From a virus, in UHGV virus genome UHGV-1805288: DNA of 27,558 nucleotides; one strand, written 5' to 3'. Under the pieces are notes generated by a model. The model made no database searches. It was not told where the DNA came from and saw only the letters and a list, made by a program, of their open reading frames with translations. Positions within the stretch are counted from its first letter, which is position 1. Every line of letters starts with the position of its first letter. Position numbers and translations under genes: made by a program. Shown here piece after piece: positions 19,735 through 27,558 of the stretch.

Positions 19735-20855
19735 AAAAGATCGGTTAAACGACAATCTTTGACATCTTTATCATCACGGAAACCCTTAAAAAAGGCATGA
19801 CGCAAAGTATGGTCATCCTTGTTTTTTTCCATACACTGAATAGCAACAACACGATTTAAATATTTTTCTGGATGCTTAGCAAAATCTGCTTTTAATTCAT
19901 CTGTAAGACCTGATGATACTGTTCCAATTTCTATAATTTTATTATTATCATCATAAGCACCAAGTCGAATAGATGTTTTCCATCCATAAAAATAAGGTTT
20001 AGTAACAGGTTCCATTGGAGTTTTAATCATTACACATCCAGCATCATTTAAATATCTACCATGGTAAAGATCACCACTCATAGTTTCAATCCAATATTCC
20101 CAAGTATTTAATTCTTTGCCATTATATTGTTTTGTAGCATCTTCAAACCCGATACAAATACAATCCAAAAAATCCATTTTCTTTACTTTAATTGAAGACC
20201 AAGCAGGTCGTTTATCAGGAGCATACACAGCATCTCGTTTTTTTAAAACAACACCCTCTTCACCCGCATTGAGAGCAGCTGCTGTAAACTCTTGAATATC
20301 ATCTTCTACGCTTTTGGCCAATTCTAAATAATTATATTGTTGTAAATTAAACTTATTCCAAATTTTTGTAAGAATTTGATATCTAACCCATGCACCTTCA
20401 TTTTGTAAATCTACACCATTATATTTAATAACATCATGTAGATAAAAATGAATTAAACCGCTTGTTTGCTGTCTAGTAATAGCTTCATCACTCAGACAGC
20501 CCATAATTTTTGTCACATCTTTTGAAGTTTTTCTAGGATAATAAATTTCACCAATCAAGATAGTGCCTGCTGGTAATTCGGTAAATGCTTCTTTAATATG
20601 AGGAACATTTGCTAATTTTTCAGTAAGAATACCAGTTGTTTTACTTACATTGCGACTAAATAAATAATCATAATGTTCAGTTTTTTCATACTGATACCAA
20701 TATCCATCCTTTTTTAATTCAGCAAAATATTTGCCACTATTACATACAGATGGAAACATATTTTCTTTACCATCAGGCAATTTCCAAATTTTCATTGCTT
20801 GGATACACTCCGCTTCAGGAGCATATTTATCAAGTAATTCTTTTGAAAAACTCAT
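19731..20855 (-). CDS. ATP-dependent DNA ligase
   Basis: Track ORF, 374 aa, no in-frame TAG. Motif I AELKKDGYWYQ (KxDG), motif III ILIGEIYY, motif IV EGVVLKK, motif V SIKVKK. ATG 20855 with AGGAAAAG upstream; stop TGA. Confidence 0.85.
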   Translation of the reverse strand: MSFSKELLDKYAPEAECIQAMKIWKLPDGKENMFPSVCNSGKYFAELKKDGYWYQYEKTEHYDYLFSRNVSKTTGILTEKLANVPHIKEAFTELPAGTILIGEIYYPRKTSKDVTKIMGCLSDEAITRQQTSGLIHFYLHDVIKYNGVDLQNEGAWVRYQILTKIWNKFNLQQYNYLELAKSVEDDIQEFTAAALNAGEEGVVLKKRDAVYAPDKRPAWSSIKVKKMDFLDCICIGFEDATKQYNGKELNTWEYWIETMSGDLYHGRYLNDAGCVMIKTPMEPVTKPYFYGWKTSIRLGAYDDNNKIIEIGTVSSGLTDELKADFAKHPEKYLNRVVAIQCMEKNKDDHTLRHAFFKGFRDDKDVKDCRLTDLF

Positions 20856-20881
20856 AATTTCTTTTCCTATCTTTATATATT

Positions 20882-20910
20882 ATTATACAAAAAGTTTTTT
20901 GAAAAGTCAA
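20882..20910 (-). promoter_or_regulatory. sigma70-type promoter (TTGACT-N17-TATAAT) upstream of the ligase
   Basis: Plus strand attata 20882..20887 and agtcaa 20905..20910, 17-nt spacer. Confidence 0.55.
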
Positions 20911-20916
20911 GTGTTA

Positions 20917-20942
20917 GGTGGCGAAGAACTCGCTTCACCACC
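20917..20942 (-). terminator. GC-rich hairpin after gyrA (terminator or RNA-stability element)
   Basis: ggtggcgaag-aactcg-cttcaccacc (10-bp stem) just 3' of the gyrA stop at 20949; no clear U-tract follows, so termination efficiency is unclear. Confidence 0.35.
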
Positions 20943-20948
20943 CTTATA

Positions 20949-23333
20949 TCAAATCTTAGTAATAGATTTTACATTACCAGTATTAATAAGCGCATTACCC
21001 AATCCGCCACGAGTTCCAATAGGAATATCTTTGGCAGAAATACAAATAGTAGTTTTTTCACCAATGATTAAAATATTATCATCATCAGAAATTAAAGTAC
21101 CACCAATAATACGCTTTTCTGTACTATCTACTTTATATACAGAACTACCTTTCCCTCCACGTCTTTGAACAGGATATTCACTAAGAGGGATTTTCTTGCC
21201 GAGTCCGCAATATGAAAATACAGCAAGAGTATCATTTGTATCTCGGATAGGTAAAGCTGCAACTACTTCATCACCTTCTTTAAGGGTAATAGCCTTAACT
21301 CCTGTACTTACACGACTAGCCGAAGACAAATCTTCAGTAGCAATATGAATAGCCATACCATTTTTAGTAAGAATAAGTACATCTTCATTTTTAATCAAAG
21401 ATACTGAAGCTAGACTATCTCCATCACGGAAATGAGTTGCAATAAGTCCACTCTTTTTAGTATTGATATATTCACTGAGCGCAGTCTTTTTAATTAAACC
21501 ATTCTTAGTTATAAACAATACATATTCCGCTTGGGTATCTTTATAAATAGAATACATAGTAGAAGGCTGTTCATCAGCGCTCATTTTAGTCAAAAGTTTA
21601 ATAGATGTTCCAAGAGAAGCATTAGTACCCACAGGAATATTATTTACTAATAACCGATACATTAAACCCTTATTACTAAAAATCATAAGTGAATCAACAG
21701 TATTTGTGCGTAGTACACAAGAAGTAATATCATCTTGTGACTTTACTCCCTTACCATTGCGCTTCTGAGTGCGAAAACTCGTGGTGGGAATACGCTTAAT
21801 GGTGCCACCTTCAGTCATTACAACTACACATTTCTCAGGTTCAACATATACAGTCTCTTTTTCTTCTTTTGGAATTGTATAATTAGTAAGTTTAGTGCGG
21901 CGCTCATCACCATAATTTTTCTTTAATATTTTAATTTGCTCAATTAAAACATTATCTCTATGGTCTTTATCATTAATAATTTTTAAACATTCAGCAACAA
22001 TTTCTTCATTTTTACGTTTTTCATCAACTAATTCATTTTTATCAATACGAGTTAACCTTGATAACTTCATATCAAGAATAGCATTTGCTTGAACTTCATC
22101 AATAGATAAGAAATTAATTAGTTTATTGCGCGCATCATCTTTATTAGCTGATTGTTTAATTAATTCAATTACTTCATTAATTTTATCAATAGCTGCGAGT
22201 AACCCAACTAAAATATGGATACGAGTTTCCGCCTTTTCTTTGTCAAATTTAGTTGCGTTAAGTAATACATTAGTTTGATGGTCAACATAGGCTTTAATAA
22301 GAGTCTTTAATGAACATAATTGCGGAGTGCCATTAATAATGAAATTCATATTATAAGAGAGAGTAGTTTGTAAATCAGTAAGCTTAAAAATAGTTTCAAG
22401 CGCAGAATTTACATCTATACCTTTTTTAATGGTGAATACAAGTTTATTATTACCAATACTACTTTCATCATCAAAATCTTCAATAAATTTTTCTAAAATT
22501 TCAATATTTTTATTGATATCTTCCTTAATCTTATTGCGATAAGTACGATAAGGAATGGAAGTAAATGTAATTACTCGATCCTTAATTTCATAATCACCGC
22601 GCACTTTAAGAGAAATTGCTGATTTACCCGTATCATAAGCCACATAAATATCTTTTTGATTAATAATTATGCCGCCCAGAGGAAAATCAGGGCCAAGAAT
22701 ATATTTCATTAACTCTTGGGTATTAATTTCACCATTAGCTTGAATATAAGCAATAATACCATCACAAACTTCAGAAAGATTGGCGGGTAAACTATTATGG
22801 CTCATAGAAATACCAATAGCTTCTCTACCATTTACAAGAGCATTAGGAAATAATGCTGGAAGAATGATTGGCTCCATAAATTCACCATTATAAGTTTCTT
22901 TCATAGGAACAACATTCTTTTTAAATGAATTAAACATTAAGTCCGCATACTTACTAGGCTTAGCCTCTGTATAGCGGCTTGATGCAACCATTGAGTTATC
23001 TTCTTGGGTCCCCAAAGCACCTTGACCTTGAATAAGAGGATAGCGCATTAAATAATCTTGTGCCATCTTATAAAGAACACCATAACAACTAGCATCACCA
23101 TGGAAATAACTAGTCATAAGAGTAGAGCCAACTAAACTGTTACATTTCTTAGTTTTACTTTTATTAGTCATTTTAAGATAGTCTTCCATTGTCCAAAGAA
23201 TTTTGCGCTGAGCACTTAGAAGACCATCTTCTGCGTTAGGAATTGCGCGATCAGTAAGCACTTCCTCAGCATAGGTAAGGAAATTGTCTTTAGCTTCATC
23301 TAAAATATCAACTTCTGTAATATAATTTTCCAT
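20949..23333 (-). CDS. gyrA: type IIA topoisomerase subunit A (GyrA/ParC-like)
   Basis: Track ORF, 794 aa, no in-frame TAG. QRKILWTMED...YFHGDASCYGVLYKMAQDYLMRYPLIQGQGALGT...SSRYTEAK contains the active-site Tyr region. ATG 23333 with AAGGAG upstream. Confidence 0.9.
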   Translation of the reverse strand: MENYITEVDILDEAKDNFLTYAEEVLTDRAIPNAEDGLLSAQRKILWTMEDYLKMTNKSKTKKCNSLVGSTLMTSYFHGDASCYGVLYKMAQDYLMRYPLIQGQGALGTQEDNSMVASSRYTEAKPSKYADLMFNSFKKNVVPMKETYNGEFMEPIILPALFPNALVNGREAIGISMSHNSLPANLSEVCDGIIAYIQANGEINTQELMKYILGPDFPLGGIIINQKDIYVAYDTGKSAISLKVRGDYEIKDRVITFTSIPYRTYRNKIKEDINKNIEILEKFIEDFDDESSIGNNKLVFTIKKGIDVNSALETIFKLTDLQTTLSYNMNFIINGTPQLCSLKTLIKAYVDHQTNVLLNATKFDKEKAETRIHILVGLLAAIDKINEVIELIKQSANKDDARNKLINFLSIDEVQANAILDMKLSRLTRIDKNELVDEKRKNEEIVAECLKIINDKDHRDNVLIEQIKILKKNYGDERRTKLTNYTIPKEEKETVYVEPEKCVVVMTEGGTIKRIPTTSFRTQKRNGKGVKSQDDITSCVLRTNTVDSLMIFSNKGLMYRLLVNNIPVGTNASLGTSIKLLTKMSADEQPSTMYSIYKDTQAEYVLFITKNGLIKKTALSEYINTKKSGLIATHFRDGDSLASVSLIKNEDVLILTKNGMAIHIATEDLSSASRVSTGVKAITLKEGDEVVAALPIRDTNDTLAVFSYCGLGKKIPLSEYPVQRRGGKGSSVYKVDSTEKRIIGGTLISDDDNILIIGEKTTICISAKDIPIGTRGGLGNALINTGNVKSITKI

Positions 23334-23344
23334 TAATAATCTCC

Positions 23345-25240
23345 TTACACAAAATTAAAACCAAGGGTTGTAGCATTTTCATAAATATACTGCTTACGAG
23401 GATTCACATTAGGCCCTTCAAGAATATCAAGAAGTTTAACTGTAGCCTCAGCATCACTAACAGTTAAGCGCTTATAACGCTGATTATCAAAACAAATCTC
23501 CTTGAGGGTGGCCGCATTCAGCTCACCGAGACCTTTCGCACGCAAGAGGTCATAAGAACCTGTATGACTAGCTTTCCAATCGTCAAGTTCCTTTTCACTA
23601 TAACAAAAATATTCTTTGTCTTTTTGTTTGATAATATACAGCGGAGTTATAGCTCGATATAATTTACCTGCTTCGACAAGGGGTCTCATATAAGTATAAA
23701 AGAAGGTAATTAATAGTAACTCAATAGCCGCGCCATCTGAATCTTGATCTGAAGTAATAATAATTTTATCAAAATTCATCTTATTGACATCAAAATTATT
23801 ACCAAATCCAGCGCCAATTACTCGAATAATATCACTAATCTCCTGATTAGCTAAAAGTTTTTCAAGAGATTGTTTTAGAGGACTAATAATTTTACCTCTT
23901 AAAAGGTAAATACAATCAGTCTTTACATTACGAGCTTCAACCGCTGAAGTAGCTGCTGACTTGCCCTCAACTAGAAGTAAATTGCGTTGAGAAGGGTCTT
24001 TATTAACACAATCAAAAAATTTATCACTAATAGCCATTTTAGCCTTTAAACCTTTTTCTTTAGGCTGACGAACAGCTTCCTTAGCCTTTTTAGCTTTCTC
24101 GCGTGCGGTTCGTGCTAATAAAGCTTTATCAATGATTGCTTTCGCATCTTTTGGGTTACTATTTAACCAGACTTTTAAATCTTTAGAAACCAATCTTTGA
24201 ACAGCGGTTCTAGCTTCACTACTGGATAAAACATCCTTAGTCTGACCTGAAAATACTGGATCAGGCATAATAAATGAAAGGACGAGACTTAAACCTTCTT
24301 TAAGCTCTTCACCAGTAATATTACTATCTTTATCTTTCAAAAGTTTATTATCTCGCGCGTATTCATTAATCGATTGAGTAAGTGCGGTGCGGAAACCAGT
24401 TAAATGAGTCCCACCACTATTGGGAATTGAATTTGTATAGAGTTTATAATTATCATTATAACTCTCATTATATAACATAGCAATTTTAACACCAATTCTA
24501 TCTTCCATATTTTCAGTATAAAAAATTGATGTTAATTTCTTTTTATTCTTATTAATATCTTCAATATAATCAAGGATACCATGTTGAGAAGTAATTACTT
24601 CTTCGGGTTTATCCTTGTATTTAAATTTAAATGTAAGACCAGGAGAGAGATAAGCTAACTCTTGAATTTGATTTCTAAGAGAAGTGTAATCAAGCTCAAT
24701 AGTTTCTTTAAAAATTTCAGCATCTGGTAAAAACTTTACCCAAGTACCAGTTTCTTTTCCAGCCCATTTTTCTTCTTTATAATCAATAAGTTTACCACGA
24801 ACGAATGAAGCAACTGCGTGTTTACCATCACGAAATGATACAACTTGAAAATGTTCAGATAAGGCATTAGTAGCTTTCGCACCAACACCATTCATACCAC
24901 CTGAAGTATTATAACCAGTTTTACCATTGCTATCAAACTTAGCACCAGTATGAAGCTTAGTATAAATATTTACAAGTGTTTCACTACCATCTTTCGCTTT
25001 GCCAAATGGCACACCACGTCCATTATCACGAATTTCAACATTATTATCTTTATCAATTATAATATCGCATTCAGTGCAATGACCATTTAAATATTCATCT
25101 ACACAATTTGAAATAATTTCAAGCGTAATATGTTTGATACCATCCGCGCCAATCGAGCCGATATACATACCAGGTCTGAGTCGAATCGCGTCAATACCCT
25201 CAAGAGTTTTTATTGATTTTACACCATAATCTTCTGACAA
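23345..25240 (-). CDS. gyrB: type IIA topoisomerase subunit B (GyrB/ParE-like)
   Basis: Track ORF, 631 aa, no in-frame TAG. GHKL ATPase motifs (LEGIDAIRLRPGMYIGS, NGRGVP, GGMNGVGAKA) and TOPRIM (LLLVEGKSAA, DQDSDGAAI). TTG start at 25240 with GGAGGAGG upstream. Confidence 0.9.
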   Translation of the reverse strand: MSEDYGVKSIKTLEGIDAIRLRPGMYIGSIGADGIKHITLEIISNCVDEYLNGHCTECDIIIDKDNNVEIRDNGRGVPFGKAKDGSETLVNIYTKLHTGAKFDSNGKTGYNTSGGMNGVGAKATNALSEHFQVVSFRDGKHAVASFVRGKLIDYKEEKWAGKETGTWVKFLPDAEIFKETIELDYTSLRNQIQELAYLSPGLTFKFKYKDKPEEVITSQHGILDYIEDINKNKKKLTSIFYTENMEDRIGVKIAMLYNESYNDNYKLYTNSIPNSGGTHLTGFRTALTQSINEYARDNKLLKDKDSNITGEELKEGLSLVLSFIMPDPVFSGQTKDVLSSSEARTAVQRLVSKDLKVWLNSNPKDAKAIIDKALLARTAREKAKKAKEAVRQPKEKGLKAKMAISDKFFDCVNKDPSQRNLLLVEGKSAATSAVEARNVKTDCIYLLRGKIISPLKQSLEKLLANQEISDIIRVIGAGFGNNFDVNKMNFDKIIITSDQDSDGAAIELLLITFFYTYMRPLVEAGKLYRAITPLYIIKQKDKEYFCYSEKELDDWKASHTGSYDLLRAKGLGELNAATLKEICFDNQRYKRLTVSDAEATVKLLDILEGPNVNPRKQYIYENATTLGFNFV

Positions 25241-25241
25241 T

Positions 25242-25751
25242 TTAATCCTCCTCCGTTCCTTTTAACAATACTTTTCTTATCATAACCATATCCATTATAT
25301 TAACTATATCTTCCGCACGTTTCTTTCCAGTAGCGAGCGCATCAGCTAACTCATTACCTTCATGTCCATTGTGCCCTCTAATTTTTCTTAAATCAATTTT
25401 ATATCCTTCTTGAAGAAGATTATAATAAGTCTGGATTAATTCTAAATTTTCTGGCGGTCGCTAGTCAGATTTAAGCCAGCCACGTCGCGCCCATCCATAC
25501 ATCCATTCATTAAACGTTGATACACAATATGAACTATCACTATAAACAATAGGAATTTCTTTATCTTTACCATAGTGAATTAATGCCCATAAAATAGCTT
25601 TAATTTCTTGAATATTATTTGTAGTATTTAATTCAAAATGTTGATAAGCATCAACAATTTCACCAGAAGAATTATAGACTACAACTCCAAACCCACCACT
25701 ACTATTAGCACGACCATTATTTTTAGCCGAACCATCAGTATAAATTATCAT
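25242..25751 (-). CDS. ribonuclease H (RNase HI-like)
   Basis: Track ORF 25461..25757 extends through TAG 25461..25463 to TAA 25242..25244. MTMIIYTDGSAKNNG...GGFGVVV...YSDSSY and downstream GHNGHEGNELADALA. ATG 25751 with AAAGGAG upstream. Confidence 0.8.
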
Positions 25752-25782
25752 AGTCAATTTTCTCCTTTATTTACTTATTTAT

Positions 25783-25811
25783 ATTATACCATAAATTTAA
25801 AAATTTGTCAA
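25783..25811 (-). promoter_or_regulatory. sigma70-type promoter, perfect TTGACA-N17-TATAAT, upstream of the RNase H-gyrB-gyrA string
   Basis: Plus strand attata 25783..25788 and tgtcaa 25806..25811, 17-nt spacer. Confidence 0.6.
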
Positions 25812-25834
25812 ATTTTATTGAGCTACAATAAAAT

Positions 25835-25863
25835 TTGACAGAAGGAAAAATTTTCAGTATAAT
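25835..25863 (+). promoter_or_regulatory. plus-strand sigma70-type promoter, perfect TTGACA-N17-TATAAT, back-to-back with the minus-strand promoter
   Basis: Plus strand ttgaca 25835..25840 and tataat 25858..25863, 17-nt spacer. No protein-coding ORF follows on the plus strand. Confidence 0.5.
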
Positions 25864-25907
25864 AAGAAATAAGAGAAGAATGTAGATAAGATTTATAATT
25901 ATTAACT

Positions 25908-25963
25908 AAGAGAAAACAAAATTGGGGTCATAACTACGTTATGACCCAATTTTGTTTTCTCTT
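25908..25963. terminator. long near-perfect hairpin, probable bidirectional terminator
   Basis: About 27-bp stem with one bulged G and a 3-nt loop, centred near 25936. It overlaps the holin-like stop codon (25962..25964); the 3' arm is U-rich when read on either strand. Confidence 0.6.
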
Positions 25964-26339
25964 AGATGGTTGGCTCGTCTTCTTCAGCCTCTGTATTTAC
26001 TTCATATTCAATATCAGTATCAGTAGTCGCTTCATCATCAGTATAATAACCAGAATTATTACGATAATTTTCATAAGCAAGGTCTAATTCTCGCATCACT
26101 GATTCATATTTTACACCATCTTTAGCATTTTCAACAGTTGATTTCTTATAATAATAAACTTGACTTACACCATAAGCAGCCCAAGGAAGGCTAGCGCTAG
26201 CAGTAAGCCAAGGAAGAGAACCAATATAACCACTATAAATACAATAAAATGCCAAAGCAATATAAGCTAGTGTAGAAATCCAAATTAATGCAGATTCTTG
26301 AATTAAAAGAGTTTTTGAAAACTCAAGTTTCTTTTTCAT
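25962..26339 (-). CDS. holin-like small membrane protein (two predicted transmembrane segments, acidic C-terminal tail)
   Basis: Track ORF, 125 aa. Hydrophobic stretches LIWISTLAYIALAFYCIY and SLPWLTASASLPWAAYGV; tail rich in D/E. ATG 26339 lies 2 nt after the endolysin stop, with the SD (AGGAGG) inside the endolysin's last codons. Confidence 0.45.
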   Translation of the reverse strand: MKKKLEFSKTLLIQESALIWISTLAYIALAFYCIYSGYIGSLPWLTASASLPWAAYGVSQVYYYKKSTVENAKDGVKYESVMRELDLAYENYRNNSGYYTDDEATTDTDIEYEVNTEAEEDEPTI

Positions 26340-26341
26340 TC

Positions 26342-27448
26342 TTATTCCTCCTTAAATAATCTATATAATAAGACTATTAATTCTTCACGAGTAATAAAAC
26401 TTTTATATCGCATATTACCCTTAGTATCACCTTGAATAATTCCTTTATTTTCCGCCCATTTGCGAGCATCCACTGACCAAGAGCCAGGGTCTTTAGTAGC
26501 TAATTCTTTAAGGTAAACCGCCATCTAATTATTAAATGTTTGCTATTCTTTTGTTGTTACTGTTGGAGTAGTAGGTTGTGGTGTTGAAGGCACTTCAGTT
26601 ATGGTGTCTTCAATTTTAGTAATATACTATAAGGAAACCCACCCCTTATCAGTCTAACCCCAACCATTATTTTCTGCGGTAATAGTTATTAATGTTCCCT
26701 AGGGATAACTATATACTTTTGTAAATGTAGTGCCAGGGCCAGAGCGCACGTTTAAGGAAGATGCCACAGTTTTAGCTTGATATTTTACTTTAGTCGATGT
26801 TGAAATATTATTTAATAATAATTCTACATCATCACGCACATTATCCATAGTTTTACCATATTTTTTAAACCAATGTAAAACATCACCATGATTACTACCA
26901 TATCCAAGTTTATAACTATCTGCGTGACATAGGATAGTGGGGATATTAGTTGTGCTTACTTTTACTGTTGCTTTTGGATTAATATTATAAATTAAACATA
27001 AATAAGCTGTTAATTCACAGGCTTCTTTATAAACAGCATTAAAATAAGTTTCATCAAGGAGATTATCCTCACATATTTCAAATTGTATCCAGCCTGTATT
27101 ACAGCTACCTTTAGAACCAGAACCGCAACCCCATGGGCGATAATTCCATGGCATAGTCTATATGGTAGTAACAGTGCCATCAGCTAATTTACCTATAAAA
27201 GCATTTAATCCACTCTATTGGGTTGTTGAATTATAATCAGTTTTAGCAGTATTTTTACCTATTTTTTGAATAAGTGTTTTATAATTTTTATCTGTGATGC
27301 TAGGCTAAACATAACGTTTAAGGTTAGGATTATTAGCTCCAGTGCTATGCCATAAAATACCTTTAATATTCATTACTCTTGTGCTCTTATAACATGTGCT
27401 ATTGGTCATTATACATTCAAGAGGCGGATTATTTTTTGAGTATTTCAT
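26342..27448 (-). CDS. endolysin: N-acetylmuramoyl-L-alanine amidase domain + SH3b-like domain + C-terminal SLH domain
   Basis: Track ORFs 26699..27154 and 26342..26524 share a frame with the region up to ATG 27448 (AAAGGAG upstream); 8 in-frame TAG, stop TAA. Amidase-like GILWHSTGANNP...NTGWIQFEICED...CHADSYKLGYGSNHGDV; SH3-like SLNVRSGPGTTFTKVYSYP-TAG-GTLITITAENNGWG; PT-rich linker; SLH-like SWSVDARKWAENKGIIQGDTKGNMRYKSFITREELIVLLYRL. Confidence 0.75.
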
Positions 27449-27558
27449 TATTTTGTCTCCTTTCTTAATATATTTTTATTTAATTTTTTAATTAAATTTG
27501 CCGGTTTTATAATTATTTTCTTGTTGGCATACGTATTGTAAAAATTTTTTGCGTAGGA

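Noticed and set aside
1-27558. Reassignment of TGA or TAA in addition to TAG
   Set aside because: Every gene I reconstructed terminates on TAA or TGA at the position expected from homolog length (for example TGA ends the ligase, primase and LAGLIDADG endonuclease; TAA ends DnaE, DnaB and the endolysin). Only TAG occurs inside coding frames.
1-27558. Pseudogenes or sequencing frameshifts as the cause of fragmented ORFs
   Set aside because: Interruptions are exclusively TAG, the flanking segments remain in the same frame, and conserved motifs continue across them. Frameshifts or decay would give mixed stops and frame changes.
1-27558. CRISPR arrays, rRNA genes, insertion sequences, tandem repeats
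   Set aside because: No direct repeats with regular spacers, no rRNA-like conserved blocks and no transposase-like ORFs were seen. The only repeated sequences are the promoter hexamers and the hairpins already listed.
27449-27558. Promoter upstream of the endolysin
   Set aside because: Only weak matches (TTTACA followed by AAAATA) in a region truncated by the window edge; not enough to call.

Overview
AT-rich window (about 30% GC by eye, not computed) that reads like part of a large tailed-phage genome. Every gene I can support is on the minus strand. The main result is that TAG is not a stop codon here: real genes are broken in the six-frame track only by in-frame TAG, while TAA and TGA terminate them. 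One TAG sits exactly on the conserved Gln of helicase motif III (GDxxQLPP), which points to TAG->Gln (code-15-like). Read this way, the window holds a replication/recombination module (DnaE-type polymerase, DnaB-like helicase, primase, RecD/Dda-like helicase, RecJ, Sak4-like ATPase, ATP-dependent ligase, GyrB/GyrA-like topoisomerase pair, RNase H, possible ThyX) and a lysis cassette (amidase-SH3-SLH endolysin plus holin-like protein). dnaE and dnaB are each interrupted by a group I intron carrying a different homing endonuclease (GIY-YIG and LAGLIDADG), and a third GIY-YIG gene lies at the window start. In-frame TAG density is very uneven: zero in ligase/GyrA/GyrB, one each in DnaE, DnaB and primase, 8-10 each in RecJ, the RecD-like helicase and the endolysin. 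Eight exact-spacing sigma70-type promoters are present, five of them perfect TTGACA-N17-TATAAT; one is on the plus strand and could drive a short RNA antisense to the lysis cassette. Coordinates anchored to the ORF track are firm; splice junctions, promoters and hairpins were placed by manual counting and may be off by 1-2 nt. No search or folding was run.
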